Part shown: one piece after another, positions 36,800 to 46,608 of the stretch
Layout of the letters: each line of letters opens with the position of its first letter
Position numbering within the stretch: the stretch's first letter is position 1
DNA from: Candidatus Nealsonbacteria bacterium
GTDB lineage: Bacteria; Patescibacteriota; Minisyncoccia; Minisyncoccales; MHMH01
DNA length: 64,000 nt
Reading direction: 5' to 3'
NCBI GenBank assembly: GCA_016188865.1
Contig: JACPGX010000001.1
Coordinates: forward strand, 13,197-77,196
The notes under the pieces: model-generated
Told to the model about the DNA's origin: nothing
Seen by the model: the letters and a program-made list of their open reading frames with translations, nothing else
The model's database searches: none
Position numbers and translations under genes: made by a program

Positions 36800-39229
36800 A
36801 TGGTTAAAAGAAGTATGGCGAAACTAAAAGGATTAACCATTGCATTGTGCCAAATGAAGGTAGTCCCGGGGCGTCCCGACCTTAACGCCGCTTACATTAT
36901 TGAAGAAATTAAAAAAGCAAAAAACCGCGGCGTGGACATTATCGTTTTCCCGGAATTGTGCACAACCGGCTACATTGTCGGCGACATCTTTGAAGACGAT
37001 TTCTTTATAGAAGACGTACTTTCTTGGAATAAAAACATTATTGAAGCCACCAGAAACGGCGTTACGGTTGTTTTCGGCACCATAACTGTTTCCCAAAATC
37101 AAAGGGGCGAAGATGGCAGACAGCGTAAACACAATACCGTCGTTACCGCGCAAAACGGCAAGGTGCTGCTGGCTGTCCCTAAGACTCTTCAGCCGAATTA
37201 CCGTTTTTTTAACGATGATAAACATTTTTATTCTTCGCGTAAAATAGCGCAAGAACAAAATATCTCTTTACAAAAAATCCTCAAACCGGTAGAAGTTGAA
37301 ACTAAAATTGGAAAGGTTAAGATCGGCGCTATTGTCTGCGAAGATATGTGGCACAAAGACTACCCTTTCAACCCGACCAAAATCCTGACAGATAACGGAG
37401 CTGAACTTATTATCAATGTTTCTGCTTCACCTTGGACGTGGCAAAAAAACCGCAAACGCCACCAAATTGTCAAAGAATTACTGCAAGAGTGCAAAATTCC
37501 CTTCGTTTATGTAAACAACACGGGTGTTCAAAATACAGGGAAAAACATTATTGTTTTTGACGGAAGCTCAACTGTATACGATGAAAAAGGCGAGATTGTT
37601 TTTGATGTCGAGCCCTATGAAGGTGGCTCTTACGATTTTAAATTCGCCAAAGACGTAAAACCTTTGAAAACAAAGCCGCAAGATGATACTGCAGAACTTT
37701 ATAACGCCATGCTTTGCGCGACTAAAACAATGACGCCTCCGAATAAAAAAGTGCTTGTCGGGTTAAGCGGCGGGATTGATTCTGCTGTTGTCTGCGCTCT
37801 TTTGGTGGACGCCCTAGGCAAAGACCGAGTAATGGCAATAAACATGCCCATGCCCTACAACAGTCAGAAAACTCGCGATTTCGCAGCGCTTATTGCTAAA
37901 AATCTGGGAATTCAATACGAAGTCGTTCCTATTGGTGAAATCGTTGAGGCGGTTTGCAAATCAAGGCAAATTGAACCGGGAACTCTTGCCTATGAAAATA
38001 TCCAAGCGCGGGCAAGGAGAGAAATCTTATCGACTACGGCCGATGGTTTCTTTGTCTGCTGTTCCAATAAGACAGAAATTGCTTTCGGTTATGGCACTCT
38101 TTACGGAGATATTGCCGGATATTTTGCGCCATTGGGCGACTTAGTAAAAAGAGAAGTTAGGCAAATTGCCGCTTATCAAAATCAAACAAGATTCAAACAA
38201 AAAATTATCCCCGAAGAATGCATTAACCAAACGCCAACCGCCGAACTTAAAGAAAACCAAAAAGATCCCTTTGATTACGGCGATTTAACTAAAAGGGGCT
38301 ATCACGACGAGATGATCAGGGCTTTTACCGAGTTTCGCAAAAATCCCGAGTGGTTTATCGAATCGTATCTTAAGAGCAAGTTGGAAGAAGAACTTTTGCT
38401 TGAGCCCGGAACCTTAGTCCGTCTTTTCCCGACCCCTAAAGACTTTGTGAACGACCTGCAACATTGGTGGAAAACGTTTCACGGATCGTATTTTAAGAGA
38501 GTTCAATGCCCGCCCATACCAATTTTCAGCAAACGGGCTTTCGGCAGAGACCTTGAGGAATCTTTAATGCAGCCTCATCTCACCCAAAGATACTTATATT
38601 TAGAAAAATATTTGCTTTCTCAAGGAAAATCTCCAAAGCAAAGAGTTGCGATTTTTGGCGGAAGTTTTAATCCTCCGGCCATGAATCATAAGTTCATCGT
38701 TGCCGAACTTTCCCGAGTGTTTGAAAAAGTGGTGGTCGTGCCTTGCGGCATCAGAACAGATAAACCATCTACCACGGTGGCTTCTCCCCAGCAAAGAAAA
38801 GTAATGGCAGAAATGACCTTCTCGGGTATGCCCAATGTCCAGCTTGATTTTTATGACCTCGAGAAAAATGTTTTTACTCCTACTTATCTTCTGCAGGAAC
38901 GCTACGCCAAACTTTTTCCTGATTCGGAAATATGGATTGCCGTCGGCGAAGATTTAGTGGCAGGCGGAAAGGAAGGCAATTCGGAAATTCAAAAATCCTG
39001 GAAAAAAGGAAAAGAAATCTGGAAAAATTTGAAATTCGTTGTTGTCAGCCAGCCAAATAAAAGACCAAACCCTCAAGACCTGCCGCCAACAAACGAATTG
39101 ATAGCAATAGAAATTATTTTGGGAAGAAGCACCGAGTTAAGAGAGAAAATCTCCAAAGGGCAATCGATTGATGGCCTTGTCATACCGGAAGTAATGCGGT
39201 ATATTGAAGAACAGAAACTTTACAAATAG
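36800..39229 (+). CDS. nadE: Glutamine-dependent NAD+ synthetase fused to a NadD-like nucleotidyltransferase
   Basis: Nitrilase domain (FPEL, K, CED), synthetase motifs GLSGGIDS, ENIQAR, GYGTLYGD and PTAEL, then FGGSFNPP and RSTELRE..IPEVMRYI. Confidence 0.9.
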   Translation: MVKRSMAKLKGLTIALCQMKVVPGRPDLNAAYIIEEIKKAKNRGVDIIVFPELCTTGYIVGDIFEDDFFIEDVLSWNKNIIEATRNGVTVVFGTITVSQNQRGEDGRQRKHNTVVTAQNGKVLLAVPKTLQPNYRFFNDDKHFYSSRKIAQEQNISLQKILKPVEVETKIGKVKIGAIVCEDMWHKDYPFNPTKILTDNGAELIINVSASPWTWQKNRKRHQIVKELLQECKIPFVYVNNTGVQNTGKNIIVFDGSSTVYDEKGEIVFDVEPYEGGSYDFKFAKDVKPLKTKPQDDTAELYNAMLCATKTMTPPNKKVLVGLSGGIDSAVVCALLVDALGKDRVMAINMPMPYNSQKTRDFAALIAKNLGIQYEVVPIGEIVEAVCKSRQIEPGTLAYENIQARARREILSTTADGFFVCCSNKTEIAFGYGTLYGDIAGYFAPLGDLVKREVRQIAAYQNQTRFKQKIIPEECINQTPTAELKENQKDPFDYGDLTKRGYHDEMIRAFTEFRKNPEWFIESYLKSKLEEELLLEPGTLVRLFPTPKDFVNDLQHWWKTFHGSYFKRVQCPPIPIFSKRAFGRDLEESLMQPHLTQRYLYLEKYLLSQGKSPKQRVAIFGGSFNPPAMNHKFIVAELSRVFEKVVVVPCGIRTDKPSTTVASPQQRKVMAEMTFSGMPNVQLDFYDLEKNVFTPTYLLQERYAKLFPDSEIWIAVGEDLVAGGKEGNSEIQKSWKKGKEIWKNLKFVVVSQPNKRPNPQDLPPTNELIAIEIILGRSTELREKISKGQSIDGLVIPEVMRYIEEQKLYK

Positions 39230-39249
39230 AAAAAGGAAAGGAGGAAAAA

Positions 39250-40155
39250 ATGGGATCTGGTAAATGGTCGGATAATGATTACTATCTTAAAGAAAGTGCG
39301 CGTAGAGTAAGCGGTGAAAGCGCTTTTAAGTACACGGACAACGAAATGAGCAGGGTTAGCCGGGATAAATGGAAGGTTAACCAAAAAATGGACCCGAAAG
39401 GCGTAACGCGCGAAAGCAGGGACAGCGCCACCCATCCGGAATCACTGGCTATCGGAGTCATTTTTGACCACACGGGCTCTATGGGAGAAACCCCGAGAGT
39501 CCTGCAAAGAGCATTAGCCCGCATGATGGGAACTCTCTTAGAAAAAGGCAAAATCGCCAATCCCCAAGTTCTCTTCGGCGCAAATGGCGACGCTACGACT
39601 GATCAGGCGCCATTGCAAATAGGCCAGTTTGAATCTGATATCACTATGGAAGATGATTTGGGCCGGCTCTTGCTGGAAGGAAACGGCGGACACTACGGGC
39701 AAGAATCATACGAACTTGCACTGTATTTCATGGCCCGGCACACTTCAATGGATTGCTTAGAGAAAAGAAAGAAAAAGGGTTACCTCTTCCTTATCGGCGA
39801 TGAACTTCCATATAATATTAAAAAGAGTGAGGTCAAAAGCATTATTGGCGACGAGCTTCCTCAAAATATCCCAGTTGAACAAATTGTCGCTGAGGCCAAA
39901 GAAAAGTATCACATCTTTTTCCTTATTCCTACTGGAGCTCATGGCGGAAGAAATCCCGCGGTAATGCAGCGCTGGGTAGAATTGCTTGGGCAAGAATTCG
40001 TAGTCCAGCTGGAAAATCCCGAAGAGATCGCTGAAAGAATTTCCCTTATAGTGAAAACGAACGAAGAAAAGCTTGCGCCGGCAAAAGGCAAAACAAAAAT
40101 ACCAACTACTGCCCCCAAGGAACCTGCCCGAAAGAAAAAACCCGGAAGGATATAA
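39250..40155 (+). CDS. vWA (MIDAS) domain protein
   Basis: FDHTGSM, PLQIGQFES, ESYELALYF and IGDE. Confidence 0.82.
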   Translation: MGSGKWSDNDYYLKESARRVSGESAFKYTDNEMSRVSRDKWKVNQKMDPKGVTRESRDSATHPESLAIGVIFDHTGSMGETPRVLQRALARMMGTLLEKGKIANPQVLFGANGDATTDQAPLQIGQFESDITMEDDLGRLLLEGNGGHYGQESYELALYFMARHTSMDCLEKRKKKGYLFLIGDELPYNIKKSEVKSIIGDELPQNIPVEQIVAEAKEKYHIFFLIPTGAHGGRNPAVMQRWVELLGQEFVVQLENPEEIAERISLIVKTNEEKLAPAKGKTKIPTTAPKEPARKKKPGRI

Positions 40156-40250
40156 AAATAAAAAGTCCTGCACTAAGGTGCGGGACTTTACTTTTTTAAA
40201 AAATATGATAAAGTGCAATGTTCGTACATTGAAAAAAGGAGGTGGTAAAA

Positions 40251-41219
40251 ATGCTCATAGCTACCTTACCGACGCTTACGGGAACAGAAACGCAGAATCT
40301 TTCAGAAGAAATTTTAAGACATTCTTTAGTAGATGGCGCAAGATATAATACCGGGGGAGCAAGCCCCTACACGCCCAAGCAAATCCTCGAAACACTCAAA
40401 CCTATTGCGGATCGTTACAAAAAAATTCTTTATGTTGATCTTGAAGGAAGACAGGCTCGAGTTGCCGCCTGGACTCCTTTTTCTAGAGGAGCAGTAACCC
40501 TCAACCGCGATTTTAACATTGAGCTTCCAGGCAAGATTCATTTTCGCCGAGGCGGCTGGTGCGACATCGTCAACGCCTTACCGGAAGAACGAAAAATTTT
40601 CTTTAAATCGCACAGAACTAAAGAGGAGTATTATTTAGGCGAATCGCAAAGCGTTAATGTTGTTGCTAAAAATTTTGAAGTGAAAGGCTATCTTTACGGC
40701 GACGATTTTGAATATATCAAAGCAGCTGTTGAGCTAGATATATCTCACTTCATGCTGTCTTTTACCGAGAGTCTGTACGACGTAGTTGATTTTTACGCCG
40801 CGTACCATGAGCACGGCACCATCAACGATTTGCCAAATCCGCAGCTCGTATTGAAAATAGAGTCTCAAAAAGGAATTGAATTCGTTAAAAAATCTTCACG
40901 CCATTTTCTGCGGGAATTCAGGCTTATGGCCGCCAGAGACGATTTATTCCTTAGTTTTGCTGATAAGCGCCCCGAATTTCTCTCAGCCCTTAAGCTTATC
41001 ATCAAGAAAAATCCCAAGGCGATTCTTGCTTCCAAAATTCTATCCGGCCTGCTGGATTATCCCTACGAAGTCTCGGTTGGCGATATGACGGATATAACCC
41101 TGATGAACCATCTCGGTTACCGCCACTTTATGCTTCAAGATGAGCTGGCTGACAATTTTGAGCTGACAATGCAAAACTGGCAAAAAATAATCGTACCTCT
41201 TTTAAGGGAGAAATTATGA
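40251..41219 (+). CDS. Pyruvate-kinase-like barrel protein (lacks the C domain)
   Basis: ARYN, VDLEGRQ, LSF, LKIES..G and MAARDDL correspond to PK motifs RxN, DxxG, KIE and ARGDL. Confidence 0.7.
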   Translation: MLIATLPTLTGTETQNLSEEILRHSLVDGARYNTGGASPYTPKQILETLKPIADRYKKILYVDLEGRQARVAAWTPFSRGAVTLNRDFNIELPGKIHFRRGGWCDIVNALPEERKIFFKSHRTKEEYYLGESQSVNVVAKNFEVKGYLYGDDFEYIKAAVELDISHFMLSFTESLYDVVDFYAAYHEHGTINDLPNPQLVLKIESQKGIEFVKKSSRHFLREFRLMAARDDLFLSFADKRPEFLSALKLIIKKNPKAILASKILSGLLDYPYEVSVGDMTDITLMNHLGYRHFMLQDELADNFELTMQNWQKIIVPLLREKL

Positions 41220-42439
41220 CGGGAGAAGCGATTCTTGTCGGCGGATTGGGTTTCGGAGACGAAGGCAAGGGAAGCATAGTAGATTATCTTGTTCGCACGC
41301 AAGGAGCAAAACTTGTCGTACGCTACAACGGCGGAGCGCAAGCTGGCCATAATGTCGTTACTCCTGAGGGGTTGCATCACACTTTTTCCCAGTTCGGATC
41401 AGGCACTTTCGTGCCGGGCGTAAAAACACATCTTTCTCGATTTATGATCCTAAATCCGCTTGGCATGGTAAGGGAAGAAGAGCATCTCCGTAGTTTGGGG
41501 ATCAAAGACGTTTTTCAAAGAACGACGATTGATGAGCTGGCTCTTGTTACCACGCCGTTTCAAATAGCGGTTAACCGGCTGCTGGAAACTTGGCGGGGCG
41601 ATAAAAAACACGGCAGCTGCGGCATAGGCATCGGCCAAACTATTGAAGATTACGAAAAATATGGAGATAAAGTATTGTTTGCCAAAGATTTGAAAAATCC
41701 CGCAATTATGTCAAAAAAACTGGAGTTTATTCAAAAACAATGCCTCCAAGCAGTTCGCAGTATAACCTCAAATCTTTCTAACACCGAAACAGTAAAAACA
41801 GAGCTGGAATGGCTGGAATGTAAAAATGCTGTAGATTATTTAGTAAAAGAATTTTCTCAGTTCAGCGCCTGCGCAAGAATCGTTGGTGAAAAATATTTAA
41901 CTAAACTGCTTGAGGATAGTTCGCCTGTAATTTTTGAAGGCGCCCAAGGAGCTCTGCTTGATAGAAACTGCGGATTTAAGCCGCATATTACGAAAACCGA
42001 TACTACCCTTGCTAATGCCTATGTACTTCTCAGGGAAGCCGGCTATAAGGGAAAAATAACTAAAATTGGCGTATTACGCGCTTATGCCACTCGCCACGGC
42101 GCGGGCCCCCTTCCCACAGAAGATGAAAAACTGACCAAGATGCTCAATGACGATCATAATGTCTACAATCAATGGCAAGATAACTTCAGAGTCGGCTGGC
42201 TCGATATTCCATTAACTAAATATGCGATTATGATTAATGACGGAGTGGATTTTATAGCCCTAACAAATCTTGATCGTCTTTCAATCCTTGGGACCATAAA
42301 AGTGCGCATTAATTCCGGATTTATAGAATTTTCCGCTTGGCAAGAATTAGTCGATTTCTTACAAAACAAAAACGGACTGAATTGCCCGATTAAAATTCTA
42401 TCATTCGGCCCAACCTGGAAAGAAAAAAAAATAAACTAA
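41216..42439 (+). CDS. purA: Adenylosuccinate synthetase-like protein
   Basis: GLGFGDEGKG, RYNGGAQAGH, GSCGIGIG, FEGAQG.LLD and RHGAGP. Confidence 0.85.
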   Translation: MTGEAILVGGLGFGDEGKGSIVDYLVRTQGAKLVVRYNGGAQAGHNVVTPEGLHHTFSQFGSGTFVPGVKTHLSRFMILNPLGMVREEEHLRSLGIKDVFQRTTIDELALVTTPFQIAVNRLLETWRGDKKHGSCGIGIGQTIEDYEKYGDKVLFAKDLKNPAIMSKKLEFIQKQCLQAVRSITSNLSNTETVKTELEWLECKNAVDYLVKEFSQFSACARIVGEKYLTKLLEDSSPVIFEGAQGALLDRNCGFKPHITKTDTTLANAYVLLREAGYKGKITKIGVLRAYATRHGAGPLPTEDEKLTKMLNDDHNVYNQWQDNFRVGWLDIPLTKYAIMINDGVDFIALTNLDRLSILGTIKVRINSGFIEFSAWQELVDFLQNKNGLNCPIKILSFGPTWKEKKIN

Positions 42440-42473
42440 AAACCGCTCGGTCTGCGAGGCACAGAGCGGTTTT

Positions 42474-43712
42474 TTATTGCGCCGCATTTTGGCCAGCTAG
42501 ATATCCGGTACTCCAGCAAACTTGAAGATTGTAGCCGCCGGTGGGGCCGTGCAAATTTATAATTTCGCCGGCGAAAAACAAATTATTGACTAATTTTGAT
42601 TTCATCGTTTTTGCGTCAATTTCGCGCAATGAAACGCCGCCCGATGTGACTATGGCAAACCCGAATCCCAAAAGAGAATCTACGGTCATTTCTAATTTTT
42701 TAAATAATTTTACTAATATTCGCCTTTCCTCGCTGGTGATTTGATGAACCTTTTTCAATGGATTAATGCCCGAAAATTCAATAATTATTGGAATTAATTT
42801 TTGAGGCAGTAAATCATCCAAAGCATTTTTAAAAAACTTATTAGCGTATTCTACAAAATCTGACTGAATTCTTTTATCTAATGTTCTCTCATCTAAAGCA
42901 GGCTTCAAATCTAACGCCAGCCTGACTTCTCCCCTCTCCAAAAGCTCGCCTATTATAAAAGATAAATCCAAAACTATCGGCCCGGATAAGCCGAAATGCG
43001 TAAAAAGAAGCTCTCCAAACCTGCTGTCTTTTTTCTTGCCGTTTTGGAAGACAAGTAATTCAATATTTTTTAAGGATAGGCCTTGAAGCGATTCGACCCA
43101 ACCTTCCTTAATTTTCACGGGAACCAAAGCCGGCCTTAATTTAGTGACACTATGGCCCAGTTTTTCTGCCCAGCAATAACCATCGCCGGTAGAGCCTGTG
43201 CCGGGGTAAGCTTTACCCCCGGAAGCAATAATATAATTTTTAGCGAAAATCTCTTCGCTAGTTTTCAAAATAATTTTTGAAATGATATTATTATCTTTTA
43301 TAATCTCTGAAACTTCGGCATTAGTCTTTATTTCAACCTTATTTTTTTTCAAATATCCAAGTAAAATATCCAGCACGTCTTTGGCGCTGTCACTTTCTGG
43401 GAAAATCCTTTTTCCCCTTTCCACTTTCATTTTCAATCCCCTCTTCTCAAAAAAATCAACAGTTTCTTTTGGACCGAATTGCGATAAAGCATGCAAAAGA
43501 AAATCGCCCTCTCTGCCGTATTTTTTGACAAGTTGTCTGGAATTAAATTCAGCTCTAGTAATATTGCTTCTGCCCTTGCCAGTAATTAAAAGTTTTCGGC
43601 CAAGTGAATTATTTTTCTCTAAAAGCACGACCTTTGCTCCTAGTTCCGCCGCACGGCCTGCTGCCATCATCCCCGCAGGCCCTCCACCAATAACAATTAC
43701 ATCATAGAGCAT
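42474..43712 (-). CDS. HI0933/BaiN-family flavoprotein
   Basis: GGGPAG, GRKLLITGKGR.N, TGSTGDG and GPTGGYNLQ. Confidence 0.92.
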   Translation of the reverse strand: MLYDVIVIGGGPAGMMAAGRAAELGAKVVLLEKNNSLGRKLLITGKGRSNITRAEFNSRQLVKKYGREGDFLLHALSQFGPKETVDFFEKRGLKMKVERGKRIFPESDSAKDVLDILLGYLKKNKVEIKTNAEVSEIIKDNNIISKIILKTSEEIFAKNYIIASGGKAYPGTGSTGDGYCWAEKLGHSVTKLRPALVPVKIKEGWVESLQGLSLKNIELLVFQNGKKKDSRFGELLFTHFGLSGPIVLDLSFIIGELLERGEVRLALDLKPALDERTLDKRIQSDFVEYANKFFKNALDDLLPQKLIPIIIEFSGINPLKKVHQITSEERRILVKLFKKLEMTVDSLLGFGFAIVTSGGVSLREIDAKTMKSKLVNNLFFAGEIINLHGPTGGYNLQVCWSTGYLAGQNAAQ

Positions 43713-43719
43713 ATTTATT

Positions 43720-44787
43720 TTATGCAGAGTGTTTTATTTCAATGACATCGCCGTCTTGGACGACGTATTCTTTGCCTTCGGTGCGAATAAGAGCTTTTTC
43801 TCGAGCTTGAACAAAACCGCCTGCATCCAGCAAATCTTTACAGTTTATAACTTCGGCTCTGATAAAATTGGCTTCAAAATCGCTGTGAATAGCTCCGCCG
43901 GCCTTAGGGGCCTTATCGCCTTTTTTTATAGTCCAAGCGCGAGTCTCATCGAGGCCGGTAGTAAAAAAAGTTATCAAACCAAGTATCTCGTAGGCTTTTT
44001 TGATAAGAGCATCTAATTCCGGTTCCTGGGTCAAGCCCAAAGATTCCCTTTCTTCCTTGGTTAAACCGGCAGCTTCGAATTCGGTAGCCACATCAACTAT
44101 TAAATAGGGCCAGTTATTTTTCTTAAACTCATCAATAGCTTCGGATTTTACTTCTTCATCTTTGCCATTTATCAAATACAATCTAGGCTTCATGGTCAGT
44201 AATTGGTATTGGTGAATAATTTTATGCTCGTCTTCCGTAAAACTTTGCTCAAATAGCAAAGTTCCCTTTTCCAGATAATCTTTGACCCGTTTTAGGGTTT
44301 CCAGCTCTTTTATTGCTTCTTTTTTACCCGACTTAGCTTCCCCCTCAACGCCGTTGATTCTTTTATCGATTGTTTCCAAATCTTTTAAGATTAATTCTGT
44401 CTCCAAAATCCCTTTATCTTCCAAGGGGTTTATCTCATCTACGGTTTTGATTATATCCGACTTCAAAAAAGCCCTTAAAACATAAACTACGGCGTCGGTT
44501 TCCCTGATATTAGCCAAAAATTTATTGCCCAATCCCTCGCCTTTATTGGCTCCCTTGACCAAACCAGCTATATCGTAAAATTCAATGGTGGTATAAATTT
44601 TCTTGGCTGACTCCGTAAGCTCGGCCAATTTATCTACCCTTTCATCGGGAACGGCAACAACGCCCACATTTGGGTCAATGGTGCAAAAAGGGTAATTGGC
44701 AATATCCACCTGTTTTTTAGTTATTGTCTGGAATAGCGTGGACTTTCCCACATTGGGCAGCCCCACGATTCCTATTGATAACGGCAT
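43720..44787 (-). CDS. ychF: Ribosome-binding ATPase YchF
   Basis: GLPNVGKST, ANYPFCTIDPN, DIAGLV and EGKEYVVQDGD. Confidence 0.96.
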   Translation of the reverse strand: MPLSIGIVGLPNVGKSTLFQTITKKQVDIANYPFCTIDPNVGVVAVPDERVDKLAELTESAKKIYTTIEFYDIAGLVKGANKGEGLGNKFLANIRETDAVVYVLRAFLKSDIIKTVDEINPLEDKGILETELILKDLETIDKRINGVEGEAKSGKKEAIKELETLKRVKDYLEKGTLLFEQSFTEDEHKIIHQYQLLTMKPRLYLINGKDEEVKSEAIDEFKKNNWPYLIVDVATEFEAAGLTKEERESLGLTQEPELDALIKKAYEILGLITFFTTGLDETRAWTIKKGDKAPKAGGAIHSDFEANFIRAEVINCKDLLDAGGFVQAREKALIRTEGKEYVVQDGDVIEIKHSA

Positions 44788-44794
44788 ATTGTTA

Positions 44795-45241
44795 CTATTT
44801 TAGTTTAAAACTATTTTTAATTTTATCTATATTATCAATCGTAATCCAGGCAGACATTGATCCGAAACCGGTTTTATCAATATCAAACGGCTTTATTTTC
44901 TCTACCTTATCAAAGAATACGAGAATACAATAATTTTTACCTGCAACGTATTTTATTATTTCAGGCATAATACCGGCCGTCCCCAAATCTTTTCTGCCGT
45001 ATTTTTCTAAAATTTCTTCTGTCTTTTCACGGTTTAAACTATCAAACTGCAAAATCTTTGTAACTTTTGCTCTAACCGTAACCGGCCCTCCGGAATCTTT
45101 AAAATATATTCTATCGCTAGGCTTTATTCTGCCCCAAGGAGCATGTTTCATTTTATACCACCTAGATTCAACCGTCTTTTCTCCGGCTAAAATCTTTTCC
45201 GTCAGGCGCCACGACTTTTTCATTATAACCAAATGATCCAT
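44795..45241 (-). CDS. ASCH/PUA-like domain protein
   Basis: ILAGEKTVESR motif. Confidence 0.75.
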   Translation of the reverse strand: MDHLVIMKKSWRLTEKILAGEKTVESRWYKMKHAPWGRIKPSDRIYFKDSGGPVTVRAKVTKILQFDSLNREKTEEILEKYGRKDLGTAGIMPEIIKYVAGKNYCILVFFDKVEKIKPFDIDKTGFGSMSAWITIDNIDKIKNSFKLK

Positions 45242-45242
45242 T

Positions 45243-45464
45243 TCAATTTAGTATTTCAAAAATTTTACTGCTTTCTCTAAAACCTTTAATGAGTCTAATT
45301 TTTTCCGGGGAAATTTTAAAATACCGGGCCAAAGCATCGATTACCGCCCTGTTGGCAAGGCCCCTCACCGGCTTTTCTTTAACCCAAACCTCAAAACTAT
45401 CTTCAGATTTTTTAGTTACCAGCGCTTGACCGGCATCGGGAAAAACTTTAACTTTTATCAGCAT
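45243..45464 (-). CDS. DUF167 (YggU) family protein
   Basis: VKV.P, P..G.AN..V...LA and G..SSK pattern. Confidence 0.85.
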   Translation of the reverse strand: MLIKVKVFPDAGQALVTKKSEDSFEVWVKEKPVRGLANRAVIDALARYFKISPEKIRLIKGFRESSKIFEILN

Positions 45465-45466
45465 AT

Positions 45467-45916
45467 TTATTTAATCTCGAGGAGTTCTACTTCGAAAACG
45501 AGAGTAGAATTGGCAGGTATGACTCCGCCGATTGCCCTACCTCCATAAGCTAAATCCGGAGGAATGGTCAGTTTTATCTTTTCGCCAACCTGCATGCCTA
45601 AAAGCCCCTGATCCCAGCCTTGAATCACCTGGCCGGCTCCCAAGGTAAAAGAAAATGGCGCTCCTCTGTCTAAGCTGGAATCAAATTTTGTGCCGTTCAA
45701 AAGAGTGCCGGTATAATGGACAACTACGGTATCGCCATTTTGAGCAGCTTTACCCGCACCCGGCCTTAAAACTTCCTTTACCAAGCTGATTTCTGCGGGC
45801 CGCATGATTTCATCTGCCGGAGTTTCCGTTTTCGGTGTTTCTTTTTTAGAAAAACCGAAATAATAAACCAAACTGACGACAATCAAAAGCGAAAAAAATA
45901 TGATATATGTTTTCAT
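45467..45916 (-). CDS. FKBP-type peptidyl-prolyl isomerase
   Basis: HYTGTL..GTKFDSS, VIQGWD and IPANSTLVFEVEL. Confidence 0.95.
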   Translation of the reverse strand: MKTYIIFFSLLIVVSLVYYFGFSKKETPKTETPADEIMRPAEISLVKEVLRPGAGKAAQNGDTVVVHYTGTLLNGTKFDSSLDRGAPFSFTLGAGQVIQGWDQGLLGMQVGEKIKLTIPPDLAYGGRAIGGVIPANSTLVFEVELLEIK

Positions 45917-45920
45917 ATAT

Positions 45921-46607
45921 TTATTTGAAATAATTATTTAAAAATTTTACTAAATATTCCTTAAATTTAATCTGTTCCCTAATGCTGTTTTCAACTTCTA
46001 TGGCAATAATATCTCCAAAAATATATTTTGGCAAAGTGGTCAAATAGTCGAAATCCTTCAAACTGGTTATGGTGTGCAAATCGCTGTTGGTTTTCGGAGA
46101 AAAACCGTTTAAGTGATTACAGGCGAACTTTATCTTATTTTTTCTAACAAAAACATAATATGCTTCCTCGCTTCCCCGCGCAATAGCCGATTTAAAATGC
46201 GCTAAATCCACGCAAAATCCGCCGATTTGCCTGACTTTGACGTCCTTGGCAATTTGACTATCAAAATTCATCTCCAAATACAATTTATCCCAATACCCCT
46301 GCCATTGAGTCAATGATCCAAAATGCTCCTCATGGATATTAAAATAATGAGTTCCAAAATTATCAATAAAAAACTTAATGTCATCTGCATTGGTATCATC
46401 TCTCAAGTGCACAAAAGGCACTTTGCTAATCGAAGATTTCAAAAGCATGCGGTAAAGATTGTCCCTTTCTTTTTTATCGAAACGAGATAAAAAAACAGCG
46501 ACTGCATCTATTTTCAGCCGATTAATTTCTTTCAGCTTAGATTGCCAGTCAACGTTTGTTGCGCCCGTAATCCCTAAATAAACCCTTTTTTCAAAACTGC
46601 TTTCCAT
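45921..46607 (-). CDS. Hypothetical protein, AP-endonuclease-2/xylose-isomerase-like barrel
   Basis: H, E, DLAH, H.N, D.H and E metal-ligand pattern. Confidence 0.6.
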   Translation of the reverse strand: MESSFEKRVYLGITGATNVDWQSKLKEINRLKIDAVAVFLSRFDKKERDNLYRMLLKSSISKVPFVHLRDDTNADDIKFFIDNFGTHYFNIHEEHFGSLTQWQGYWDKLYLEMNFDSQIAKDVKVRQIGGFCVDLAHFKSAIARGSEEAYYVFVRKNKIKFACNHLNGFSPKTNSDLHTITSLKDFDYLTTLPKYIFGDIIAIEVENSIREQIKFKEYLVKFLNNYFK

Positions 46608-46608
46608 T

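Noticed and set aside
41216..42439. PurZ (2-aminoadenine DNA pathway)
   Set aside because: The catalytic Asp is retained (GDEGKG), whereas PurZ typically has Ser there, and no DNA polymerase or dATPase partner is seen nearby.
27747..42439. Prophage or integrative element
   Set aside because: No integrase, terminase, capsid, tail or conjugation genes, and no att repeats seen.
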